DNA from: Candidatus Thorarchaeota archaeon
GTDB lineage: Archaea; Asgardarchaeota; Thorarchaeia; Thorarchaeales; Thorarchaeaceae
DNA: 25,478 nt
Assembly (NCBI GenBank): GCA_048882385.1
Contig: JBHLRQ010000040.1
Coordinates: 1-25,478 of the forward strand
Direction: 5' to 3'
Shown in pieces: positions 1 through 8,691 of this stretch (positions within the stretch are counted from its first letter, which is position 1; every line of letters starts with the position of its first letter). The position numbers were made by a program, and so were the translations under genes. The notes under the pieces are model-generated. The model saw nothing but the letters and a program-made list of their open reading frames with translations, searched no databases and had not been told where the DNA came from.

Positions 1-166
1 TGCAATCTACCTGTTGCTTGCCGGTACTGGAATCATACCATGGATGTCACAAGTTGGGGTCGCATTGCTCATGATATCAATCTTCACAGCACCCTTCGCT
101 TTCGTTCTTGCTGACACAGTTATCAAGAAAGTAGAGGAATTGGAGTCGATGGAAAATGAACAGTGA
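1..166 (+). CDS. 3' end of a membrane protein (partial, enters from the left edge)
   Basis: Frame starting at nt 2 reads AIYLLLAGTGIIPWMSQVGVALLMISIFTAPFAFVLADTVIKKVEELESMENEQ*, ending in tandem TGA TGA at 164-169. Hydrophobic helices followed by a charged tail. Not in the ORF track. Confidence 0.75.
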   Translation, partial: AIYLLLAGTGIIPWMSQVGVALLMISIFTAPFAFVLADTVIKKVEELESMENEQ

Positions 167-603
167 TGATCAAAAGGACAAAGAATTAGACAGGATATTC
201 CTTCTATTGTCCCAGCCTTTAACAATATACATTCTTTCGGTTCTTTCAGGTATAGATCCCGGTCGCTTCAGTGATATGGAATAGGTTTTTTCCCGGAAGT
301 TCGTAACAATACGTCTGATGAGCTAGACAAGAAGGTCTTTGCATTTCACTGACTTCTGATACTTCTTATTCTAACAAAGAAATTTTTGAAATTCTTAGAG
401 TTGATCTAAATAAAATTGAAGTCACTCCTCTTCAAAAAATGTGAGAGTATGTAATGTTAGATTAGCTCAATTCTAAACTAGTAGGAAGATACTGCTGACT
501 GAATCGGGTGAACAGGGAGCTTTTCAGTTCCTCTCTATGATAATCATCCTTTTCATCTTGCGTATGTTCTATTATCCCTCACCTCAGAAAAACAGAATCG
601 GTT

Positions 604-3336
604 CTAATTAAAGCGGCTTTGCTCTAACGCGAAAGCAACAGCTTCTTCCAATGTCATTGCTCTGCCCATTTCATATTCCAATTTCCATTCTTTTTCACCA
701 AGTTTCCTCTGCACTGGGAGAGTACGTTCTTCAAGTTCATTCGAACTAATTGGTATGAACAAGACACCGACAGGTTTCGCTGGCAATTGTGCTGCACCAA
801 AAAGCCTAGCCGCTCTCGAATAATCGCCATTCATAGCAGCAATCTGTGCGAGTCCATCAAGACACATCAAAATTCCATACCGGTTCCCCATCTGATTCCA
901 CATGAATAAGCTCTTCTCAAAAGTTCTCTTCGCTCTTTCTATATCACCTTGATGAAAGATAACATCTGCATACTCAGTAAGCCCTCGCGCCATCGCCCAC
1001 TTGTCACGAGAATCGTGAATCAGAGTTATACTCTCTTCGATACACGACTTAGCTCCTTCAAGGTTTCCTTCAAGCATAGCAACTACACCCATATGATTTA
1101 ACGCTGCTCCCCATCCCCATATATCATTCATATCCCGAAATAGCTCCAAACTCTCCTCATATAGAGGCATGACTTTCGAAACATCATTAGATCGGACAAA
1201 CATGATATCCCCCAACCAATTGAGAGAAAATGCCTTTCCCCAATCATCTCCAACTTCTGACATGAGAGAAACCGATTCTTTTGCTAAATTGAAGGCCTTG
1301 TCATAATCTCCGATGTTTCCAAGACTACCAGCAAGAATAACTAAGGTATGAGCCAGATACCATTTCTTTTCTCTACTCCTAAAAATTGATGCACTCTCTT
1401 TTAGCTGGGAGATTGACTTTGCATAATCACCTTGTCCCCATGCTAAACCCCCTGCTGTATAGAGAACTTTTGCTCGCGTTTCTGAATCATCATTCTCTTT
1501 CATTCTCGACAAAACAGATGAAGCCCAATTACGGCCCTCGGTTATGTGTCCACGAAAATGCCAAAACCAGCCAAGTGATCCAACAACCCTTGCAGCCGTT
1601 GAGATGTCTATTTCTTTGTTTAATGCACGCCCAATCACTGCTCTGAAGTTATCTAAATCACTGCTAAGTTTCAAGAGCCATGCTTCCCTTTTATGACTTG
1701 GAAGGTATGGTTCTGCCTCTTCAGCGAATTTGACAAAGAAGTCCGCATGACGCTGTTTCATTATTGATTCTTCTTGGCTCTCTATTAGGCGCTCATAAGC
1801 AAATTCACGAATTGTTTCTAACATTTCAAATCGTTGTAGACCAATCTCATCTTCCCTTAGACGTATGAGGTTTTTGTCAACAAGCCCTTCAAGAATTTCA
1901 AGAGTGTCTTCTGAAATCTCACCTTCAGGATTGCATACAGACTCCGCTGCATCAAGAGTGCAACCTCCCACGAATACGGACAATCTTTGATAGAACATAG
2001 CTTCATGTGGATCAAGCAGGTCATGGCTCCATCTAATGGCATCTCGCATTGTTCTTTGTCGTTGAGGTAAGTCCCGAGAAAGGCTCTTGAGAAGAGGAAG
2101 TTTCAGTTCTAGCCTCTCTAACATAGCATCTGGGGGTAGTATCCGTATTCGAGCTGCTGCGAGTTCAATTGCCAAAGGAAGTCCGTCCAAGCGCCGACAT
2201 ATCTCAGCGACACTTGAAGCGTTATCATTTGTCAGTACAAAATCCGGTTTCACAGATTGAGCTCGCTCCAAGAACAGAGCCACAGCAGGATACTCCATAA
2301 TACACTCTGCGGGATTATTACATTCCAAGTCCGGTACTGGAAGTGGTGGGACTATGAGTTCTTTCTCGCCACGTAGATGAAGTGCCATCCTGCTTGTCAC
2401 CAGCACTTTTAGTTTCGGACAACTTTGCAACATATCAGCAACCAAAGGTGCGGCTGTTATGACCTGTTCGAAATTATCAAGAATCAGCAAAATCTGTTTA
2501 TCCTTGAGATGTATCTTTAGGGATTCAATAATGGGTCTTGAACCAATGTCCTTTTGACCGAGTTCCTCTGCAATAACGTCGTCAACCAGTTCTGGATTAG
2601 AAACTGCTGCAAGTTCTATGAAACAGACGTGTTCGAAGGCATTAGTAAGCATATGTGCTACTTCGATTGCTAGCCGAGACTTTCCACTACCGCCAGGTCC
2701 TGTTAGAGTTACGAGTCGAGTGTCACCCATGAGAAGATCAAATGCTCTCGATGTTTCGTTGGCCCTACCTACAAGAGGATTCGCTGGAATCGGAACACCA
2801 CACTCAAGAGTTCTCGCTTGAGAGTCATTTTCTTTTATTTTGGACATTTCAAAGTGCTCTGCAAGCAATATCGCAAGGTCTTCTTCTATGAGCGTTCCTA
2901 GCTGTTCTGGTGAAGAGAAGTGTTTGTATGAAACACCCCCATAATCCCGAATTTCATATAGCATGTCTTGGAGCCTAGAGTCTCGATTCGAAACGGGCTC
3001 TTTTACATAGATTAGTTTTGGTTTTTCTTTTGATAAACGATATTCGTCCTCTAAGCCTGACAGTTTTTCTCCAGGAGCGACCCATCCATATCTCTCTCCA
3101 TAAACACCAATGAAGATATCACTTTGTTCCAGATATGCACGGTAGAGATCTCGTGCATCATGCGGACGTGCTCCAAGCTCGAACATAATTGGTGCGAGAT
3201 GTAGATTCGCTATGGATTTCCGAGCGGCTTCACGTTCCTTCAACATTTCCTTTAGTGTTGAACTAACAAAGACACGAAGTTTTTTGTCTGGAGTCCGAAT
3301 CACTTTATATTCGTCTGTCTGTGTCAATGGACACAC
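604..3336 (-). CDS. DUF4062-like N-terminal domain + STAND (NB-ARC-like) NTPase + winged helix + TPR repeats
   Basis: N-terminal RVFVSST..IFIGVYGERYG..SGLEDEY (DUF4062-type); Walker A GPGGSGKS; Walker B LLILDNFE; LVTSR; GLPLAIELAA; MLETIRE; C-terminal TPR-like helices. The real start may be TTG at 3327, after GAGGGG. Confidence 0.88.
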   Translation of the reverse strand: MCPLTQTDEYKVIRTPDKKLRVFVSSTLKEMLKEREAARKSIANLHLAPIMFELGARPHDARDLYRAYLEQSDIFIGVYGERYGWVAPGEKLSGLEDEYRLSKEKPKLIYVKEPVSNRDSRLQDMLYEIRDYGGVSYKHFSSPEQLGTLIEEDLAILLAEHFEMSKIKENDSQARTLECGVPIPANPLVGRANETSRAFDLLMGDTRLVTLTGPGGSGKSRLAIEVAHMLTNAFEHVCFIELAAVSNPELVDDVIAEELGQKDIGSRPIIESLKIHLKDKQILLILDNFEQVITAAPLVADMLQSCPKLKVLVTSRMALHLRGEKELIVPPLPVPDLECNNPAECIMEYPAVALFLERAQSVKPDFVLTNDNASSVAEICRRLDGLPLAIELAAARIRILPPDAMLERLELKLPLLKSLSRDLPQRQRTMRDAIRWSHDLLDPHEAMFYQRLSVFVGGCTLDAAESVCNPEGEISEDTLEILEGLVDKNLIRLREDEIGLQRFEMLETIREFAYERLIESQEESIMKQRHADFFVKFAEEAEPYLPSHKREAWLLKLSSDLDNFRAVIGRALNKEIDISTAARVVGSLGWFWHFRGHITEGRNWASSVLSRMKENDDSETRAKVLYTAGGLAWGQGDYAKSISQLKESASIFRSREKKWYLAHTLVILAGSLGNIGDYDKAFNLAKESVSLMSEVGDDWGKAFSLNWLGDIMFVRSNDVSKVMPLYEESLELFRDMNDIWGWGAALNHMGVVAMLEGNLEGAKSCIEESITLIHDSRDKWAMARGLTEYADVIFHQGDIERAKRTFEKSLFMWNQMGNRYGILMCLDGLAQIAAMNGDYSRAARLFGAAQLPAKPVGVLFIPISSNELEERTLPVQRKLGEKEWKLEYEMGRAMTLEEAVAFALEQSRFN

Positions 3337-3487
3337 CCCTCAGTTCGTATAACTCCAACCGTGTTATCACGATTGAAGTGGTAGTAGCTAGAACGAACTA
3401 TATTATTAACTATTGTTAAATCATTTTGATATAAATTTACTGATTCACAATGAATTACTACTAAACCTGAAAAGAGCGTAATATCCT

Positions 3488-3907
3488 CTAATGATCGAAC
3501 AAAAACATAGTCCTACTGAATACACTCACTTCTGTTTCAAGTATGTATGTATATTCTATAACTACAATAAATGGACCATCTGAATCGATTTCTACTATGT
3601 TGGTGGTATGTTCTCCTCCAAAGTTATGTCTTGCAATTGCTGATTCAAATGAAGCCAAAAGAACGGATTCCGTAGATATCCATACGCCTGTCTGGTGCAG
3701 AAATCGTATCTCTGCAGTCCGGTTGCACATAACAGTGACCCAAGTGACCTTGGGCCCACCAAAACCAATTTCGAGATGATAGTCGTCTAAAGCGACATGG
3801 AATGTAGTCCTTGTAACTTCAACTTCCTGTTTGAAAGGGATTGAGCAGACCAAGAATGTCAGTATTATACAACTGACCAGTAGGTAATCACTCCAGCGTC
3901 GTTTCAT
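3488..3907 (-). CDS. Hypothetical protein with N-terminal membrane anchor/signal
   Basis: 139-aa ORF with ATG start. Basic N-terminus, hydrophobic segment YLLVSCIILTFLVCSIPF, then a beta-rich region. Confidence 0.7.
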   Translation of the reverse strand: MKRRWSDYLLVSCIILTFLVCSIPFKQEVEVTRTTFHVALDDYHLEIGFGGPKVTWVTVMCNRTAEIRFLHQTGVWISTESVLLASFESAIARHNFGGEHTTNIVEIDSDGPFIVVIEYTYILETEVSVFSRTMFLFDH

Positions 3908-4026
3908 TATGGATATTCTCGATAAGCTTCATGTTCCTCTTATTCCAAGATATATACGCACTTGAAGTTAACGAAATCTAAAGGTGCTTGTATGATTTGA
4001 AGTAATGTTCAAGGAGGTCCTGTGAA

Positions 4027-5490
4027 TCAGCTATCTAAATCCGTTTTCTGACGTTTTCGTATATATAGCACAGTCCCTGTGACGATAATTATAGCAGTCC
4101 CAATAACAATGACTGTTGAGTCAAAAGAAACTACATCCCCATAGATTCCATGCGCGTAGTATATGTCCATCTCATTGTTTCTACCATCCGACCATACTAT
4201 ATGAGGAACCTCATCCGAATCTAGTTGAATCGACATATACTCTCCTGGTCTTGTGAAAGTGCTTGGAGTCGCCGAATCCGCCACAGGAATAGGATCAGAG
4301 AAAATAGGGTAGTCGTGTTCATCACCAATAAACGTTAGCGTACGGTAGTATGGTCTATAGTACCCGCCCAGTTCATCATAGTAGATAATGTGAAGCCGCC
4401 CACTTGCATCGATTGTCATCTCTGGATTCCACTGATTTCCCTCCACTGTCGGATTCACCCGCATACGCTCGCTCCATGTATCCCCAAAATCATCAGAGTA
4501 TCGAAGATAGACATCAAAAGAATTCTCCCCCTCATCAAAACCGTCCGCCCAAAGAACATAGAGTCTATCATACTGGTCAAAACGTAAGACTGGAAGTGTA
4601 ATCTTGACTGGTGCAGATGTAGAGTAGTTTCCGTCGTTATTTATGAATTGACTCTCTTGGAAAGTAAAACCACCATCAAGGCTTTTTGAGAGCTCTATAT
4701 TGCCCCAACTTCCTGTTACTGGTTCTAAGTAAAGCCAAGTCACAAACAGATGGCCTTCGCTGCTCAAGGCCATATACGGCAATCCTCTCCAAGGAGTCTG
4801 TTCAGTAATATTGCAAATCTCTTGGAACGATTCTCCTCCATCTGTTGATCGAGTAAGGCGGATGGTAGCGTTACCAACTATTGTTGCGTCATCCGTGTCA
4901 TCGTAGACTATGTATATTGTTCCATTATCACTAGCCACCATCATCTCTTTGTCCGCAAAATATTGCCCATAGGAGGCTGTAACTGGAGTCCAAGAAGCAC
5001 CATAATCAACACTCTTCGCAACCGTGATTTGAGAAAGCAAAGGACCAGTAATGGAGTATTCCAAATATGCATAGTAAACAGTTTCATCGTGCCACACTAG
5101 CCAAGGATCAGACTGCCCAGTTACTCCACTTGTGAACATAGGCATGTTATAGGGACTTGTCCATGTAGTCCCGCTATCTTCAGATTTTGCTACACTGACT
5201 CTAATTCCAGGTCCATTGTGCGTATCAGACTCCTTCCACCCGACAAATAGTGTGTCATTATCACTAATAGCCATAGAAACTTCCACATGATGTGGATAGA
5301 CTGAATCATCAGTTGAGAGAAGTACATTGGAAGAGAAACCACTCACTTCGGGAATAGATTCCGTGGAACCATCTAGACCTGTAGTATCCGCATCATTATA
5401 GTTGGCAGTTTCTACACCCCCACTAAATGGTTGGATAGTCATTATAGCGAGTAGCCACAGAACAAGAACCAGTGGGACCCGATTAGTCAT
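4027..5490 (-). CDS. Secreted, C-terminally anchored BNR/Asp-box beta-propeller protein (sialidase-like fold)
   Basis: Signal peptide; five Asp-boxes (SEDSGTTW, SVDYGASW, STDGGESF, SLDGGFTF, SDDFGDTW); C-terminal TM helix followed by RKRQK; GGGAGG SD upstream. Confidence 0.85.
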   Translation of the reverse strand: MTNRVPLVLVLWLLAIMTIQPFSGGVETANYNDADTTGLDGSTESIPEVSGFSSNVLLSTDDSVYPHHVEVSMAISDNDTLFVGWKESDTHNGPGIRVSVAKSEDSGTTWTSPYNMPMFTSGVTGQSDPWLVWHDETVYYAYLEYSITGPLLSQITVAKSVDYGASWTPVTASYGQYFADKEMMVASDNGTIYIVYDDTDDATIVGNATIRLTRSTDGGESFQEICNITEQTPWRGLPYMALSSEGHLFVTWLYLEPVTGSWGNIELSKSLDGGFTFQESQFINNDGNYSTSAPVKITLPVLRFDQYDRLYVLWADGFDEGENSFDVYLRYSDDFGDTWSERMRVNPTVEGNQWNPEMTIDASGRLHIIYYDELGGYYRPYYRTLTFIGDEHDYPIFSDPIPVADSATPSTFTRPGEYMSIQLDSDEVPHIVWSDGRNNEMDIYYAHGIYGDVVSFDSTVIVIGTAIIIVTGTVLYIRKRQKTDLDS

Positions 5491-5512
5491 ACTGTAACGG
5501 AACCTCCCTACC

Positions 5513-5638
5513 TCAGGTAATCAGGTGTTTAGCCAAACGACATGAGGTCAACCCGCAAGACACGCATCCAAGCCTAGAGTAATAGACTCTTGAAGGATTT
5601 CGCCGTACGAATCTTAGTTGATTGTCAGTTAATCTCAA
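5513..5638 (-). CDS. Unannotated 41-aa basic Cys/His microprotein (putative Zn-binding)
   Basis: TTG start with AGGAG 5 nt upstream. Translates MRLTDNQLRFVRRNPSRVYYSRLGCVSCGLTSCRLAKHLIT* (C-x2-C-x4-C-x4-H). It fills the gap between a TATA box and the SD of the next gene. Confidence 0.6.
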   Translation of the reverse strand: MRLTDNQLRFVRRNPSRVYYSRLGCVSCGLTSCRLAKHLIT

Positions 5639-5675
5639 ATAAACTCCTGTCACCAGAGAATCTATCTAAGGTCTG

Positions 5676-5693
5676 AGAGATATTATAATCTCT
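5676..5693 (-). promoter_or_regulatory. TATA box (TTATAATA) embedded in an inverted repeat AGAGAT-n6-ATCTCT
   Basis: Sequence agagatattataatctct, lying about 30-40 nt upstream of the SD of the 5638 micro-ORF. Confidence 0.55.
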
Positions 5694-5777
5694 ATTGTAC
5701 TAGCAATTGATTAGACTTCTTGTATCACGTGTTGAGCATCCCTACTCTTTTGCGCCTTGAATCACGCCATAGTTTCA

Positions 5778-7076
5778 TTAGTCCTTCACTAACGAGCTAG
5801 TATTCTCTCCTCTCTCCCTTATCGGGTCATCGGCTTTCAGGAGTACAAAGAATGCTATTATGAGAATGATTGATGCTGCTAAAAACGGAACTATCCCAAT
5901 CAGACCTGAGTGGGATGCTCCTTCAACAGGCGTAGCTGTGATATCTGCTAAGAACCCAAGTAGAAGTGGTCCGACCACAAATCCAAGATCGCTGATCATG
6001 CGATACAATCCCATTGATATCTCGAGTTTATCTTGTGGTGATACATCTGTCACATATGCCGCACTTGGTCCGGAGAGACCAACTACAGCACCATACACGG
6101 CTACAGTTAGAGAGAGAGTCAATAAGTCCATGGAGAACGGAATTATCAATATTATACCCGCTGTCAATACAAGACATAGTGCTAGGGGAATCTTTCTACC
6201 TATTCGATCTGAAACACTTCCCATAGGTACAATTGTTAGCGCAGTTGTTATACCTCCAATCGTTAGTACAAATCCAATATCGCCCGATTCAAAACCTAGA
6301 TTGTTGGCTGCAAATAGAGGTACTAATGTACTCCTTACGCCAGTTCTCAAAAGAAACATTGTAAAGACTGCAAATGTTACCAAAATGAAGGATGGGTTGG
6401 ATAGAACCTGTCGCATATCTTTCGTAATCTCATGAAACTTGAGTGGGTCGGAATTGTTTCCAGAATTAGATAATTTTGGTAATACCAATGTTGGGATGAC
6501 TGCCAGTCCAGTGATTATTGCATAAGCGAAAAAGGGTGCCCGGATATCGTAAAAGTCTGCAAGAATTCCTCCAAATGTAGGTCCAAAGATAGCTCCGAGA
6601 AGTAACATTCCCATGTAGAGACTCATCCATTGCCCCCTCTTCTTTTCTCCAGATATTTGAGCAAGAAATACGGTAGCTGTTGTAACGTAGAGAGCTGAAC
6701 CTGCACCTTCTATCATTCGAGCGATAACCAATGTGATATAATTAGAAGCCAAACCTGCCACTACAGAAGAGGTTGAGAGGAGGATTAATCCTGCAATCAT
6801 GATTCCCTTCTTATCGTATCTTCTTGAAAGTAAACCCGCAGGCATATCAAGAAACATTCTTGTAACTGCAAAGGATGAAACTACAAATCCTACAAGAGTG
6901 TATGAAACTTGAAAGCTTTCTGCATACGTAGGAAGAATCGGAGCAACCATGCTTAAACCAAGAAGTACTAGGAGGGTCACCAACGACAGATTGAGTACAG
7001 CAACCACACTTCCCTCGTAATTGTTGTTTGTTGTTTTCTCATCGCTTTGTTCTTGGGAATCATCAAACAAGATCAA
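5778..7076 (-). CDS. MFS transporter (12-TM, DHA1/drug:H+ antiporter-like)
   Basis: About 12 hydrophobic helices; motif-A variants GLLSRRYDKK and GSVSDRIGRK; ARMIEGAG; GPTFGG. Confidence 0.9.
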   Translation of the reverse strand: MILFDDSQEQSDEKTTNNNYEGSVVAVLNLSLVTLLVLLGLSMVAPILPTYAESFQVSYTLVGFVVSSFAVTRMFLDMPAGLLSRRYDKKGIMIAGLILLSTSSVVAGLASNYITLVIARMIEGAGSALYVTTATVFLAQISGEKKRGQWMSLYMGMLLLGAIFGPTFGGILADFYDIRAPFFAYAIITGLAVIPTLVLPKLSNSGNNSDPLKFHEITKDMRQVLSNPSFILVTFAVFTMFLLRTGVRSTLVPLFAANNLGFESGDIGFVLTIGGITTALTIVPMGSVSDRIGRKIPLALCLVLTAGIILIIPFSMDLLTLSLTVAVYGAVVGLSGPSAAYVTDVSPQDKLEISMGLYRMISDLGFVVGPLLLGFLADITATPVEGASHSGLIGIVPFLAASIILIIAFFVLLKADDPIRERGENTSSLVKD

Positions 7077-7364
7077 TGACCGTCCTTGAATGATGAGCCG
7101 TTGTTCTCGGGTTAAAGTACTTTCAGATAGTGCTATGCTGAAAATAACATTGTATCACTCACAAATTACAGACCGAGGATGAATGAAGCTCATCATCATC
7201 CATCAATCATATCATGTGGTTTTCATCATCTTTCAAATTGTGAAATAACATGCTATGTCCTCAAACAGATGGAGGTGCACGTTTACAACGGAAAATGGTA
7301 ATTAGAGGGCATCTATCGCATGAGACTTCAAATCGTTTATTAGCTCTAACTATCTAGTTCATGT

Positions 7365-7595
7365 ATGATCGAAGTCCTTCTCTATGGTGAACTCAAGAAA
7401 ATTGTTCTTGAAAACTTTCCTAATGCTAGTTCAATCATGCAATGTGAATATATTGAAGGAGAGCATTTTGAGGCCTTTTTACGCCGATTGGGATTAAATC
7501 TAGAAGAGGTTGGAACGTGTTATATCAATAACATTCCTGCAGAACCGGATGCATCTCTTCATGACCTTGACACAATAGAGCTTAATCAAAAATAA
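7365..7595 (+). CDS. MoaD/ThiS-like ubiquitin (beta-grasp) fold protein lacking C-terminal Gly-Gly
   Basis: MIEVLLYGELK start, LRRLGL helix, YINN..ASLHDLDTIEL end, typical of ThiS/MoaD/Ubl proteins. Ends NQK*. Confidence 0.7.
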   Translation: MIEVLLYGELKKIVLENFPNASSIMQCEYIEGEHFEAFLRRLGLNLEEVGTCYINNIPAEPDASLHDLDTIELNQK

Positions 7596-7660
7596 TCAAT
7601 TTACAAGAACACCCTCTTTATATTGCCAACATAGACAATACTCAATTGGTCTAATTACTA

Positions 7661-8653
7661 ATGTCAATCTTGATTGATGGTGTATCGAGAATTGAGATAC
7701 CTACACCATTTCCAGTAGGAAGTATGAATTGCTATCTGATAGAGGGTTCGCCACTCACTCTGATTGATACTGGACCAAAGACATCTGAAAGCCTTCTCAC
7801 AATTCAGAACGCACTTCAGAAGTATTCATATGAAATGTCAGACATTGAGCAGATTCTAATTACACACGGCCACCTTGATCACATAGGTCTAGCTGCACAA
7901 TTTGTTAGAGAACGAGAGCGCATCCATGGCAAACCCACGAATGTATGGATTCATTATAGGGATGCTAATGCACTGATTAGCTACGAAGAACATGCAGAGA
8001 TATACATGGAGTCATTTGAGAGGTTGATTAGGACATCTGGTGTTCCAAAGAATGAGGCCCAAAAACTGAATCCAAAAAGGCTCGTAGAATATTACATGTC
8101 GATAAGAGAGGCAGTTCCAACAGCTCATACTTTCAAAGATAAAGCCACATTCAAATCAGGAATTGGTGAAATTTCTGCAGTTTGGGTTCCTGGTCACTCT
8201 TCTGGGTCAGTTTGCTATGTGTGTGATGAAAAACAAGTTATTTTCAGTGGGGATCATATTCTTGGAGACATTAGTTCAAATCCAAGCATCTCATTTGACA
8301 GTCCTGAAGGAATAGGAATGTTGACCTACTTCAATTCTTTGGACTGCATTTCATCAAGAGAGGACTACATTGCCTTACCTGGCCACAGAGAACCGATATC
8401 TGACATAAAATCCCGAATTGAAACCTTAATGGCTGAATATGATGAAAAATTCCAGAAAGCTGTAGATTCACTTACTAACAAGCCTCAGTCTGCATACGAG
8501 CTTTCAAGAATAATCTACGGGAATTACGACATGAATTCGCTTGTCCTAGCTCTTGCTGAGAGTCATGATATTCTCAAAATTTTAGAAAATAGGAATCAAG
8601 CGAAACTGATCAACAAGAATGGGGTTGTCCAAGCAGTCCGTATCGATGAATGA
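7661..8653 (+). CDS. Metallo-beta-lactamase-fold hydrolase with C-terminal winged-helix-like extension
   Basis: LIDTG, THGHLDH (HxHxDH), PGHSSG, FSGDH and PGHR motifs. Confidence 0.9.
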   Translation: MSILIDGVSRIEIPTPFPVGSMNCYLIEGSPLTLIDTGPKTSESLLTIQNALQKYSYEMSDIEQILITHGHLDHIGLAAQFVRERERIHGKPTNVWIHYRDANALISYEEHAEIYMESFERLIRTSGVPKNEAQKLNPKRLVEYYMSIREAVPTAHTFKDKATFKSGIGEISAVWVPGHSSGSVCYVCDEKQVIFSGDHILGDISSNPSISFDSPEGIGMLTYFNSLDCISSREDYIALPGHREPISDIKSRIETLMAEYDEKFQKAVDSLTNKPQSAYELSRIIYGNYDMNSLVLALAESHDILKILENRNQAKLINKNGVVQAVRIDE

Positions 8654-8691
8654 ACTGAAATCTAATCCCTGCCAGGTAATGTAATGGAAGA

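Noticed and set aside
7-225. Minus-strand 72-aa ORF
   Set aside because: Antisense to a more convincing plus-strand membrane-protein 3' end (1-166).
5495-5560. ACCTGAT...GTAGGGA on the minus strand, reminiscent of a TPP riboswitch 3' half
   Set aside because: No upstream CTGAGA junction or proper P5 stem-loop. The region is better explained by the micro-ORF end and the next SD.
7090-7141. Plus-strand ATGATGA...CTGA spanning ~50 nt (C/D box sRNA candidate)
   Set aside because: No credible D'/C' boxes or recognisable target, and it overlaps the probable MFS promoter and leader.
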